The translations under genes and the position numbers were made by a program. Positions 52,548-62,314 of a stretch of DNA of 64,000 bases are shown here, piece after piece (the stretch's first letter is position 1; each line of letters starts with the position of its first letter). The notes below the pieces were generated by a model that was not told the origin of the DNA, did not search any database, and saw only the letters and a list, made by a program, of their open reading frames with translations. This DNA comes from an uncultured Alphaproteobacteria bacterium (GTDB lineage: Bacteria > Pseudomonadota > Alphaproteobacteria > Rhizobiales > Beijerinckiaceae). Location of the stretch: the NCBI GenBank assembly GCA_963759925.1, contig CAVXBE010000007.1:62872-126871 (forward strand), read 5' to 3'.

Positions 52548-53459
52548 TCAGGCCGCCAGCCGCTCGGCCCGGCTCACCAGCTTGCCGATGCGTTGCACCA
52601 TATCCCTGCTTCCCAGCACAGGCGCATGGCCCTGGCCCGGCACCGTATGCGTCTGGCAATCGGGATGGCGCTGGCCCATCTCCTCCAGCGTCGTCTCGGC
52701 AAGGAGGTCGGAGTTGGCGCCGCGTATCGCCAGCACGGGCACGCCGTTGAGCCCTGCGAAATAATTCCACAGCACCGGCAAGGGCGCTTCGAGATCGAGC
52801 TCTTCGAGCACCTTCATCAGGTTCTGGTCGTAGTCGGGCACGATCCGCCCCTCCCGCTCCGTCCATGTCCGGCGCGCCATCATCTCCCACTCGGCGTCAT
52901 CGAAGGCGGAGAACTGCTGGTCGGACAGGCGCTTCAGGATTTCGGCACCTTCGGCATAGCTGCGTGGAATCGGCAGCTTGCCGACATAGCCCTTGATCCG
53001 CAGCAGGCCGCGCGCATCGATCACCGGGCCGACATCGTTGAGGACGGCGCCCTTGATCAAGCCCGGCCGCGCGGCGCTGAGCGCCATAGTCAAGAGCCCG
53101 CCGCGCGAGGTGCCGACAAAGACCGCCTCGGTGATGCCAGCTGCCGTCAGCATCTGCATCATATCGTCGAGCTCGATGCGGATATCGTAATTACGCCAGT
53201 TGGGGTCATAGTCCGAGCGCCCGCGGCCGCGATAATCCAGTGCGAGCACCCGCCGCGGCTTGCCGGCATCCTGCGACAGGGCCAGCGCCAGCTCATGGAA
53301 ATCAGCGGAGGTCCGGGCAAGGCCGGGCAGGCAAACCACCGGCAGCAGGCTGGAGGCGGGCGGGCCATAGTCGCGCGCATGCAGCCTCAGCCCATCGCGC
53401 GCGCGGATGAAGAACGACGTAAAGCCCTTCTCGGTGTCGAAGCCCGTCTCGCTAGTCAT
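52548..53459 (-). CDS. Alpha/beta hydrolase
   Basis: CLPGLAR, DYRGRGRS, GTSRGG nucleophile, GHAP. Confidence 0.9.
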   Translation of the reverse strand: MTSETGFDTEKGFTSFFIRARDGLRLHARDYGPPASSLLPVVCLPGLARTSADFHELALALSQDAGKPRRVLALDYRGRGRSDYDPNWRNYDIRIELDDMMQMLTAAGITEAVFVGTSRGGLLTMALSAARPGLIKGAVLNDVGPVIDARGLLRIKGYVGKLPIPRSYAEGAEILKRLSDQQFSAFDDAEWEMMARRTWTEREGRIVPDYDQNLMKVLEELDLEAPLPVLWNYFAGLNGVPVLAIRGANSDLLAETTLEEMGQRHPDCQTHTVPGQGHAPVLGSRDMVQRIGKLVSRAERLAA

Positions 53460-53487
53460 TCCGGATCCCAGATCGAGAGGCGGCAAA

Positions 53488-55578
53488 TTAATCGCGCCGG
53501 CCGCCGCGCTTCAAGTCATGGTCGATCATATAGGCGGTGCGCTGGTCGAGCCTCTGGCGATAGACCTGCACGTTTTCCATGACCCGCTGCACATAGTTGC
53601 GGGTCTCGTAGAACGGGATGCGCTCGACCCAATCGACCGCATCGACATCCGGCCGGCGCGGGTCGCCATAGGCAGCGATCCATTTCCGGACATTGCCCGA
53701 GCCGGCATTATAGGCGGCGAAGGTCAGGATATACGAGCCGCGCCACTCCTTGAGCAGGTCGATCAGATGCGCCGCGCCCATCTGGGCCGAATAGACAGCA
53801 TCGTGGCCGAGCCTCGGCCAGTCGAAGGGCAGGCTCGCGCGCCTGGCGGTTTCGCGTGCGGTGGCCGGCATCATCTGCATCAGCCCGCGCGCACCGGCCT
53901 GGGAGGTCGCGGTCGGGTCGAAGGCGCTTTCCTGCCGGGCGATGGCGTGGACGATCGCCCGCTCCATCGGATCACCCAGCACGGGGAAGTCCGGCACACC
54001 CGTCGTCGGGAAAGCCGCCTCATCGAGCGGAAAGCCGCGATGCAGCGCCTTTTTGCCGATAGCGAGCAGGGCCTGCACATCGCCCTGCGACCGCGCGATC
54101 TGCGCAATCGACTCCAGGGCCGGCGTGGTCTGCAGGCGTTGCGCCAGATCGGCCAGCATCTGCGCCGCCAACCGCCGCTCGCCCAGCTGATACAGCAATT
54201 GCACGCCCTGATGCCCCGGCAGGTGGCCAAGCGGCAAGACAGCATTGGCCCGCAACTGCAGATGGCGCTCGCCCAGCCGGGCCAGCGCGAGCTGGCCGTA
54301 ATAGGCGACCGGGTGCTCGCCCGCCTTGCGGAACGCCAGGCGGGCCTCGTCCTCCTGGCCCAAAGCTTCGGCGGCGCGGCCGACCCAGTAGCTGGTGCGG
54401 GCGACGGAAACCGGCGTGCTCGCCAGCTCGGCCGCAGCGCGGAAATGGTCGAGCGCCAGCATCGGCGCATCCCGGAAGCGCAGCGCAATGAACCCAGCAT
54501 GCCACTCGGCATCGATGCGGGAGGCTTCATCCTCGGCGCCATGGCCTGCGACGACATCATAGGCCAGGGTGGCGGCGCCCTGGTCCAGCAGATCCCGGGC
54601 GATCAGCCGGCGTTCGGTCCACCAGCCATCGCCATCGCCGAGCAGGGCAGGGTCGCGCGGGACGGAAGCCATGGCCTTGGCGGCCTCGGCAGGCTTGCCT
54701 TCGCGGCGCGCCTGTTGCGCCTGCAGAAAGGCAAAGCCCGGCTCCTGACGCACCGATTCCGGCAGGCCGGTGATGGCATTCGCTGCCAGCGCCCGCTTTG
54801 CCTTGGCGCTCGCAAGACGCAGCTGCGCCAGCTTGACGAAATCGGGCGAGACCCGCGCAGCATTGCGCAGCGCAGCGGCTGCATTGCCCGCGAAGATATA
54901 GCGCTCGGTCCGCAGCTTGTGGTCCTGGCGGGTCAACCCCGCCTCAAAGCTCGCCAGCACCAGCCGTTCGAGCGGCGCACCTAGATTGTCCTGCTTCCAG
55001 CTTTGCCGGATCAGGGCGAGCGCGTCGGCCGTCTCGCCCTGCGCCTGCAGGGCCAGCGCCAGCGCCACCCGTCCCGCCGGGCTCATCGGCTTATGATCGG
55101 CAAAGAAGGCGCGGACGACATCGGGCTTGCGACGCTCGGCCACCAGCGCCTCTTCGGCCCGGCGCCGGAACAGCTCGATGGCGGGATAATCAGGGTTTGC
55201 TTGCAGGAAGCCCGACAGTCGGGCGAAGGGCACGGGGTTGGCGCCTGCCCGCAGAGCCGCCCATTCCAGCAGCGCGCGGGCGGCCGGGTTGTCGATACTG
55301 CGCGCCGCCAGATCGCCATCGGCCAGCGCGCCCCGCCGATAGGCTTCGATCGCGGTGCGGATCGGCGCCGGATCGACAGCGTCGAGCGCCGCCCCTGCCT
55401 CCGGCTGCAGCGAGGCGGTGGTGTCGACATCCGTCGGCTTCAGATCGCGCGGATGCTCGCCCGCCTCCAGCGCGTAACCTGGTGAGGTGGCGAGAGCGAG
55501 CGGCAGAGCGAGGCCGAGAAGGCCAAGCCGCAGCCTCTGCAGAGGCGAGCGGCGCGAGCGCGAGGCGGGCATGGCCAT
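53488..55578 (-). CDS. Soluble lytic transglycosylase (Slt70-like)
   Basis: IARQESAF, GARGLMQ, AAYNAG, ETRNYVQ. Confidence 0.9.
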   Translation of the reverse strand: MAMPASRSRRSPLQRLRLGLLGLALPLALATSPGYALEAGEHPRDLKPTDVDTTASLQPEAGAALDAVDPAPIRTAIEAYRRGALADGDLAARSIDNPAARALLEWAALRAGANPVPFARLSGFLQANPDYPAIELFRRRAEEALVAERRKPDVVRAFFADHKPMSPAGRVALALALQAQGETADALALIRQSWKQDNLGAPLERLVLASFEAGLTRQDHKLRTERYIFAGNAAAALRNAARVSPDFVKLAQLRLASAKAKRALAANAITGLPESVRQEPGFAFLQAQQARREGKPAEAAKAMASVPRDPALLGDGDGWWTERRLIARDLLDQGAATLAYDVVAGHGAEDEASRIDAEWHAGFIALRFRDAPMLALDHFRAAAELASTPVSVARTSYWVGRAAEALGQEDEARLAFRKAGEHPVAYYGQLALARLGERHLQLRANAVLPLGHLPGHQGVQLLYQLGERRLAAQMLADLAQRLQTTPALESIAQIARSQGDVQALLAIGKKALHRGFPLDEAAFPTTGVPDFPVLGDPMERAIVHAIARQESAFDPTATSQAGARGLMQMMPATARETARRASLPFDWPRLGHDAVYSAQMGAAHLIDLLKEWRGSYILTFAAYNAGSGNVRKWIAAYGDPRRPDVDAVDWVERIPFYETRNYVQRVMENVQVYRQRLDQRTAYMIDHDLKRGGRRD

Positions 55579-55659
55579 TGACGGACTCCAAGCCGGAACT
55601 TCAGGACAAGCGAACAGCAAATAATGCGGGGCTTCAGGATGGAATGGTCGACCAAGCCT

Positions 55660-55675
55660 GTTGACGAAGTGTTAA
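55660..55675 (-). promoter_or_regulatory. CtrA-box-like site TTAA-N7-TCAAC
   Basis: One mismatch to TTAA-N7-TTAAC, upstream of the lytic transglycosylase. Confidence 0.5.
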
Positions 55676-55780
55676 TCATGCTCCGTGCGGCTTTTTGATG
55701 AATTGCCGGCTTTGCCACTTCTGCCCCAGGCGTTATGTGTCTGTCCCTTCGCCTGATCTCTCGCCCAGGACCAAGCTGCC

Positions 55781-56676
55781 ATGACCAAGCACACGCCCTT
55801 TACCGGCTCCATGCCCGCGCTTGTGACGCCGTTCAAAGGCGGCCGGATCGACGAGGAGAGCTTGCGGGCGCTGGTCGAATGGCAGATCGAGAACGGCAGC
55901 AGCGGCCTCGTGCCGGTCGGCACCACCGGTGAAAGCCCGACGCTCAGCCATGCCGAGCACAAGCAGGTGGTCGAGATCGTGCATCGCGCAGGCCAAGGGC
56001 CGCGTTCCGGTCATCGCCGGCGCCGGCTCCAACAACACCACCGAAGCGATCGAGCTCGCCGTCCATGCCGAGAAGGCCGGTGCCGATGCCGTGCTGGTGG
56101 TCACGCCCTATTACAACAAGCCGACGCAGGAAGGCATGTATCAGCACTTCAAGGCGGTGAACGATGCGGTCGGCATTCCGATCATCATCTACAACATCCC
56201 GCCGCGTTCGGTGGTCGACATGTCGGTCGAGACCATGGCGCAGGCTCTATGAGCTGAAGAACATCGCCGGCGTGAAGGACGCGACCGCCAATCTCGCCCG
56301 CGTCTCGCAGCAGCGCCACGCGATGGGCCCGGATTTCATCCAGCTCTCGGGCGAGGACATGACCGCTCTGGCCTATATGGCGGCGGGCGGCCATGGCTGC
56401 ATCTCGGTGGTCGCCAATGTCGCGCCGCGCCTTTGCGCCGAGCTGATGACCGCGGTCCTGAAGGGCGATTACGCCACCGGGCTGAAGCTGCAGGACCGGC
56501 TGGTGCCGCTGCATGATGCCATCTTCAAGGAGCCGGGCCTCGCCGGCGCCAAGCACGGGCTCTCGCTGCTCGGGCGCGTTCAGGAAGAGGTGCGCCTGCC
56601 GCTGCTGAAGGTGACGCCGGCAACGGGCAAGGTAATCCGCGAGGCGATGGTGTTCGCCGGCCTGTTGAATGACTAG
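55781..56676 (+). CDS. dapA: 4-hydroxy-tetrahydrodipicolinate synthase, frameshifts near 55982 and 56242
   Basis: [32 protein letters not shown]. Confidence 0.93.
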
Positions 56677-56750
56677 ATGAGAGGGCGAGGCTGCCGGCCC
56701 GGGACGCGTTCCCGATCCAGGGCCGCTGCCGATCCTCCCCGGAGTTGACG

Positions 56751-57398
56751 ATGTACGAGCCGAGCCACTTCAAGGTCGAGGATCGCGACGCCCTGTTTCA
56801 GGTGATGCGCGCGAACCCGCTCGCGACGCTGATCACGGCGGGCGAGGGCGGTCTTCTGGCCAATCCGGTTCCCTTCGTGCTGCATGTCGAAGCGGATGGC
56901 CGCGCCCTGCTGCGCGCTCATCTGGCGAGGCCGAACCCGCAATGGCAAGCGGTGGCTGCCGGCGCCGAGACGCTGATCGTCTTCACCGGCGTCGAGCGCT
57001 ATGTCACCCCCGCCTGGTATGCGTCGAAGCGCGAGCACGGCAAGGTCGTGCCGACCTGGAATTATGTGACGGTCCAGGTGCGCGGGCCGGCCCGCACCAT
57101 CGAGGATCCGGCCTGGCTGCGCGAGCATCTCGAGCAGCTGACGCAACAGCAGGAGGCACCGCGCGCCGAGCCTTGGGCCGTCGCCGATGCACCGGAGCCT
57201 TTCGTCGCGGCGCAGATGCGCGGCATCATCGGGATCGAGGTCGAAATCGCCTCGCTCATCGGCAAATTCAAGCTCAGCCAGAACCGTCAGGAAGCCGACA
57301 AGCTCGGCGTCTTCAATGGCTTGAGCGCGGACGCTGAATCAGAATCGCAGGCCATGGCCTCGCTCGTCAAGGCGCATGCGCTCGGCAACACAGCATGA
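56751..57398 (+). CDS. FMN-binding PaiB-family protein
   Basis: [29 protein letters not shown]. Confidence 0.88.
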   Translation: MYEPSHFKVEDRDALFQVMRANPLATLITAGEGGLLANPVPFVLHVEADGRALLRAHLARPNPQWQAVAAGAETLIVFTGVERYVTPAWYASKREHGKVVPTWNYVTVQVRGPARTIEDPAWLREHLEQLTQQQEAPRAEPWAVADAPEPFVAAQMRGIIGIEVEIASLIGKFKLSQNRQEADKLGVFNGLSADAESESQAMASLVKAHALGNTA

Positions 57399-57868
57399 AA
57401 AAACCAGATCCAGATCGCTACAAGCTCGCAGCCGACAACCGCAAGGCGCGCTATAATTACGAGATTATCGAGACGCTGGAAGCCGGCATCGCCCTCCAGG
57501 GCACCGAGATCAAGTCGCTGCGCGGTGGCAAGGCGACGATCGGCGAGAGCTATGCCGGGCCGATGGGCACGGAGCTCTTCCTCTTCAACGCGCATATTCC
57601 GGAATATCTCGAGGCGAACCGCTTCAACCACGATGTTCGCCGCCCGCGAAAGCTGCTGCTGCACCGCCGTCAGATCAACAAGCTGATGGGCGCGATCCAG
57701 CGCGAGGGTTACACGGTCATCGCGCTGAAAGTGTATTTCAACGAGAAGGGTCGCGCCAAGGTCGAGCTCGGGCTGGGTCGCGGCAAGAAGCTGCACGACA
57801 AGCGCGAGACCGAAAAGACCCGCGACTGGAATCGCGACAAGGCCAGGATCATGAAGACCGGCGGGTGA
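57395..57868 (+). CDS. smpB: SsrA-binding protein
   Basis: [32 protein letters not shown]. Confidence 0.96.
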   Translation: MKKPDPDRYKLAADNRKARYNYEIIETLEAGIALQGTEIKSLRGGKATIGESYAGPMGTELFLFNAHIPEYLEANRFNHDVRRPRKLLLHRRQINKLMGAIQREGYTVIALKVYFNEKGRAKVELGLGRGKKLHDKRETEKTRDWNRDKARIMKTGG

Positions 57869-57931
57869 GGGGCGCATCCGTGTTTGAGTGACCGGATGTT
57901 TATCTGCGCTCCCACGAGCCTGCGCTCCCAC

Positions 57932-58058
57932 GAGCCCTCATCCTGAGGAGCCGCGAAGCGGCGTCTCGAAGGATGCTCTAGTCAGCGCGGGAGCCGACCG
58001 AGGCCTGCTGGACCATCCTTCGAGACGGTCCTTGCGGACCTCCTCAGGATGAGGGCTC
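57932..58058. repeat. Palindromic REP/RIME-like element (CCTCATCC family)
   Basis: GAGCCCTCATCCTGAGGAG...CTCCTCAGGATGAGGGCTC. Confidence 0.9.
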
Positions 58059-58102
58059 CAGGGGATCGAGGCCTGCAAAGGCCCCACCGTCCTTGGGCCC
58101 CA

Positions 58103-58180
58103 CCGTCCTTGCGAGCGGAGCGAAGCAACCCAGCATCGAAGGGCTCGACGGTGCTGAACTGCTTCGCCGCTCAAGGACGG
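58103..58180. repeat. Degenerate CGTC-type palindromic repeat
   Basis: CCGTCCTTGCGAGCGGAGCGAAGCAACCCAG...TGCTTCG...CAAGGACGG. Confidence 0.75.
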
Positions 58181-58191
58181 CGGCCTGATCC

Positions 58192-58941
58192 TCAGGCCAT
58201 TGCCTTCTTGAAGGCCTGGTTGGCCTTGTCCCAGTTCACCACCTGCCACCAGGCGGTGAGATAGGCGGCGCGGCGGCTCTGGTGCTTGAGATAATAAGCG
58301 TGCTCCCAGACATCGACGCCCAAAACCGGCTTGGCGCCGAGTTCGAGCGGGGTGTCCTGATTGGCGGTGCTGATGATCGCCATCTTCTTGTCCTTGTCGA
58401 CAACCAGCCAGGCCCAGCCCGAGCCGAAGCGGCCCATCGCAGCCGCGTTCAGCTTGGTCACAAGGTCGGTGGTCGAGCCGACAGTGGCTTCCATCGCGCT
58501 GCGCAGCTCTGCCGAAGGCTGCTTGGCGCCGCCCGGCGTCATCAGCTCCCAGAAGAAGCTGTGGTTCCAGTGGCCACCGACATTGTTGCGCACGCCCGTG
58601 CGGACATTCTCCGGCACGGCGTTGAGATCGGCCAGCACGGTCTCGATCGGGGTGGTGCCGAGCCCGTCCCACTGCGCGACCAGCGCATTGGCGTTGTTCA
58701 CATAGGCCTGATGATGGCCGCTGTGGTGGATCCGCATCGTCGCCGTATCGATATGCGGCTCCAGCGCTTCATAGCCATAGCCGAGCGGCGGCAGGCTGAA
58801 GACCGGAGGCGGGGGCGGCGCTGCCGGAGCCGGCGCCGTGGTCGGCGTGGCGACCTGGGCGAGGCCGCGGTCGGACCGGGCGAAAGCGGTCAAGCCTGCG
58901 GTGCCGGCGGCAAGACCGGTGATGAACTGGCGACGAAGCAT
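58192..58941 (-). CDS. Mn/Fe superoxide dismutase with twin-arginine signal peptide
   Basis: LRRQFI Tat motif, ALA cleavage site, HHSGHH, GGHWNH, NQD, DVWEHAYY. Confidence 0.9.
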   Translation of the reverse strand: MLRRQFITGLAAGTAGLTAFARSDRGLAQVATPTTAPAPAAPPPPPVFSLPPLGYGYEALEPHIDTATMRIHHSGHHQAYVNNANALVAQWDGLGTTPIETVLADLNAVPENVRTGVRNNVGGHWNHSFFWELMTPGGAKQPSAELRSAMEATVGSTTDLVTKLNAAAMGRFGSGWAWLVVDKDKKMAIISTANQDTPLELGAKPVLGVDVWEHAYYLKHQSRRAAYLTAWWQVVNWDKANQAFKKAMA

Positions 58942-59015
58942 TGGGGTACCCTCCAGGATAGTCTTCTGATGCTGCAAGGTGGCCCGGACGCGACGACAGT
59001 CAAGGCCGCACAAAG

Positions 59016-59639
59016 TCAGATATCGGCGAGATCATCGCCCTGGCGGATGCCATAGCGCCGTTCCAGCCCCGGATTGCCGGGCGTCACCGGCGCAGCGGCA
59101 GCACGCGGCGCGCGCTCCGAGGGGTCACGGCCGATCTTCTGCATCAGATGCGACAGGTCGATGAACTCGTCGCATTGGCGGCGCAGATCGTCCGAGACCA
59201 TCGGCGGATTGGTCGAAATCGTCGAGACAACCGCGACCTTCACGCCCTTGCGCTGCACGGCCTCGACCAGCGGACGGAAATCGCCATCGCCCGAGAACAG
59301 GTAGATCTGGTCGAGATGCGGCGCGAGCTCGAGCATCTCGATCGCCAGCTCGATATCCATATTGCCCTTGATCCGGCGCCGCCCGGTGGCATCCGTGAAC
59401 TCCTTGGCGGCCTTCGTGATCACCCGGTAGCCGTTATAGTCGAGCCAATCGACCAGCGGCCGGATCGAGGAATACTCCTCGCTCTCGATCAAGGTGGTGA
59501 AATAGAAGGCCCGGATCAGATTGCCGCGGGCCTGAAAATCCTTCAGCAGCCGCCGGTAATCCATATCGAAGCCGAGCTGCTTCGATGTGGCATAGAGGTT
59601 CGCGCCATCAATGAAGAGCGCGATGCGGGGATCCGCCAT
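59016..59639 (-). CDS. NYN domain (LabA/DUF88) protein
   Basis: FIDGANL, KGNMDIELA, SGDGDF. Confidence 0.92.
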   Translation of the reverse strand: MADPRIALFIDGANLYATSKQLGFDMDYRRLLKDFQARGNLIRAFYFTTLIESEEYSSIRPLVDWLDYNGYRVITKAAKEFTDATGRRRIKGNMDIELAIEMLELAPHLDQIYLFSGDGDFRPLVEAVQRKGVKVAVVSTISTNPPMVSDDLRRQCDEFIDLSHLMQKIGRDPSERAPRAAAAPVTPGNPGLERRYGIRQGDDLADI

Positions 59640-59767
59640 AAGAATGACTCCAGCTCAAATGATACGTGACAAACCGGTTGCTGAAATAAAACGCGCCAAC
59701 AATGTCGAATGAGAAGTCCAAGGCATAAAAAACAGAAGGCGGGCCGCCCGATCAGGCGGCCTGAAAG

Positions 59768-60352
59768 TCAGGCGCTGAGGCCGCGGCTGCCGGGCTTGAT
59801 GGCAGGAATGGCGGCCAGTTCCGGCGGCAGCGCGTCGGGCTTGTAGGCGGGGATATCCATCGCCACGAGGCTGACCAGCGGCACACCGAGATCGGCCTTG
59901 CCGGCCGAGCGATCGACAAGGCAGGCGGCGCCCAGAATCGTCCCCGGCTCGCCAGCGATCGAGGCCAGGCATTCCCGCGATGACAGCCCGGTGGTGACGA
60001 TATCCTCGACCATCACGACGCGTGCGCCTTCGGGAATCGCAAAGCCGCGCCGCAGCCTGAACTGGCCATCCTCGCGCTCGACGAAAATCGCCTTGGCGCC
60101 GAGATGCCGTGCCGTCTCATAGCCCGGCACGATGCCGCCGACGGCTGGCGAGACGACGTAATCGATCGTCCCGAAACGCGCCTGAATCTTCTGCGCCAGC
60201 GCCTTGCAGAGCCGCTCGGTGCGCACCGGATCCTGGAAGATGAACATCTTCTGCAGGAAGACCGGGCTGCGCAGCCCCGATGACAGGATGAAATGGCCTT
60301 CGAGCAAGGCGCCCGCGTCACGGAACTCGGCCAGAACTTCAGCGTCAGTCAT
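59768..60352 (-). CDS. pyrE: Orotate phosphoribosyltransferase
   Basis: [20 protein letters not shown] motif. Confidence 0.93.
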   Translation of the reverse strand: MTDAEVLAEFRDAGALLEGHFILSSGLRSPVFLQKMFIFQDPVRTERLCKALAQKIQARFGTIDYVVSPAVGGIVPGYETARHLGAKAIFVEREDGQFRLRRGFAIPEGARVVMVEDIVTTGLSSRECLASIAGEPGTILGAACLVDRSAGKADLGVPLVSLVAMDIPAYKPDALPPELAAIPAIKPGSRGLSA

Positions 60353-60495
60353 GGCGTGCGGGCTCCTGTGCGGTCAAAAAAGCTGGGGCCGTGTTTGCTT
60401 GGGAATGGCGCCCAGCGCAAGGCCTGTCGACGCCCTTTACCCGGACGGATTCCAAGGCGGTGGTCGAAGGGCCGCCAAGGCCTCGCTCCCCCGCG

Positions 60496-60609
60496 AGCCC
60501 TCATCCTGAGGAGGCCCGACAGGGTCGTCTCGACGGATGATCCAGGAGGCTCCGCCATGCGCTGGAGCATCCTTCCGGACGCCGCTCCTCGGCTCCTCAG
60601 GACGAGGCC
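60496..60609. repeat. Degenerate palindromic REP/RIME-like element between era and pyrE
   Basis: GAGCCCTCATCCTGAGGAG...CTCCTCAGGACGAGG. Confidence 0.8.
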
Positions 60610-60636
60610 TGGAGGAGATTTCGGGCCGGTGACGTC

Positions 60637-61590
60637 TCAGCCCCGCGGGAACTCCAGCCCCATCTCGCGATAGCGCTCCGGATCGTCGCTCCAGTTCTCG
60701 CGGACCTTGACGAACAGGAAGAGATGGACCTTGGCCTCGGCCGCTTCGGAAATCTCGATGCGCGCCTTCTGGCCGATCGCCTTGATCGTCTGGCCGCCTT
60801 CGCCGAGCACGATTTTGCGCTGGCCCTCGCGCTCGACATAGATCGTCTGCTCGATGCGGACCGAGCCGTCCGGCCGCTGCTGCCATTGCTCGGTCTCGAC
60901 CGTCGAGCGGTAGGGCAGCTCGTCATGCAGGCGCTCGAAGATCTTCTCGCGGGTGATCTCGGCGGCAAGGAAGCGCAGCGGCGCGTCGGAGATCTGGTCT
61001 TCCGGATAGAGCCAGGGCCCCAGCGGCAGCCGCGTCTCCAGCCAGCCCATAATGTCCTTGACGCCATAACCGGTCAGCGCCGCGATCATGAAGGTCGCCT
61101 CGAAGCGGCCCTGGGCGTTCACCTTTGTGGTGATCTCCAGCAGCTTTTCCTTCGCCACCGTGTCGATCTTGTTGAGGATCAGGAATTTCGGCTGCTTCAG
61201 CTCCGCCAGCTTTTCGAGCAGGCGCGTGTTTTCCTCGGTGTCATAGCGCTCGACATCGATCAGCACGCCGATCAGGTCGGCATCGGTGGCGCCGCCCCAG
61301 GCGCTGGTCACCATCGCGCGGTCGAGCCGGCGCTTGGGCTGGAAAATGCCGGGCGTGTCGACAAAGATCACCTGCGCCGCGCCCGACAGCGCGATGCCGC
61401 GCACCTGCGTGCGGGTCGTCTGCACCTTGCGCGAGACGATCGAGACCTTGGCGCCGACCAATTGGTTCAGCAGCGTCGATTTGCCGGCATTGGGCGCGCC
61501 GATCAGCGCGACGAAGCCGCAGCGGGTCGGGCCGCGGCTGGGCGCCTCGTTCTGCGTCCCGGCATCCGGCTCTTGCTTGGCCTCAGCCAT
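60637..61590 (-). CDS. era: GTPase Era
   Basis: GAPNAGKST, QTTR, DTPG, NKID, KH domain. Confidence 0.96.
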   Translation of the reverse strand: MAEAKQEPDAGTQNEAPSRGPTRCGFVALIGAPNAGKSTLLNQLVGAKVSIVSRKVQTTRTQVRGIALSGAAQVIFVDTPGIFQPKRRLDRAMVTSAWGGATDADLIGVLIDVERYDTEENTRLLEKLAELKQPKFLILNKIDTVAKEKLLEITTKVNAQGRFEATFMIAALTGYGVKDIMGWLETRLPLGPWLYPEDQISDAPLRFLAAEITREKIFERLHDELPYRSTVETEQWQQRPDGSVRIEQTIYVEREGQRKIVLGEGGQTIKAIGQKARIEISEAAEAKVHLFLFVKVRENWSDDPERYREMGLEFPRG

Positions 61591-62314
61591 GGTCGCTCTC
61601 CATCGTTTCACTCCACAGGCCTTCCCGTCTCAGGAAGGCCTCGGCTGCCGCCTGCTCGGCCAGACGCTTGGAGCGTCCGTCGGCCTCGGCATCGGTCAGC
61701 CCGGTAATGCGCGCCGCCACCCGAAACAACGGCGCATGGTCCGGCCCCGAGCGGCCACGCTCGCTATAGGTCGGCGTCGGATAGCCCTGGCCCTGCGCCC
61801 ATTCCTGCAGGGCGGTCTTGGCGTCGCGCAGCGGCTTGGGCGGCTTGGCCAGCCGCTCGCCGAAGCCACGCTCCACCAGCCCCCGCGCCGCCTCATAGCC
61901 GCCATCGATGAAGACGGCGCCGATGATCGCCTCGCAGGCATCGGCGAGGATAGCACGGTTCTTGCGGGCCCCGCCCAGGATTTCGCCTTCGCCAAGCCGC
62001 ATGAAGGTGCCGAGATCCCAGGCCTGCGCTACCTCCGCGCAGGTCTCCTTGCGCACGAGGTCGGCCAGCCGGCGCGACATGTCGCCTTCTTCGGCCTGCG
62101 GGAAGCGCGCGAACAGCATATCGGCGACGCTGAGGCCGAGGACGCGGTCGCCCAGAAATTCCAGCCTTTGATAGCTGCCGATGCGCGAGCCCTCGGCGCT
62201 CATATGGGTGAGTGCCGTGGTGAGCAGGGTCCGGTCGCTGAAGCGATGGCCCAGCGTCTTTTCGAGACGGGCGAGATCGGGCGCCTTGCGCCCGCTATCG
62301 GCGAGCTTGGTCAC
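61583..62314 (-). CDS. rnc: Ribonuclease III
   Basis: YQRLEFLGDRVL, dsRBD DAKTALQEW; GTG start overlapping the lepB stop. Confidence 0.95.
   Translation of the reverse strand: MTKLADSGRKAPDLARLEKTLGHRFSDRTLLTTALTHMSAEGSRIGSYQRLEFLGDRVLGLSVADMLFARFPQAEEGDMSRRLADLVRKETCAEVAQAWDLGTFMRLGEGEILGGARKNRAILADACEAIIGAVFIDGGYEAARGLVERGFGERLAKPPKPLRDAKTALQEWAQGQGYPTPTYSERGRSGPDHAPLFRVAARITGLTDAEADGRSKRLAEQAAAEAFLRREGLWSETMESDHG

Noticed and set aside
17813-56676. Pseudogenes or programmed frameshifting in lysC, ccr, mcd, tamB, porin and dapA
   Set aside because: No slippery sequences were noticed, several genes are essential, and the indel pattern fits a consensus artefact.
57868-58190. tmRNA or tRNA next to smpB
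   Set aside because: The interval is fully explained by palindromic repeats; no acceptor stem or T-loop pattern was seen.
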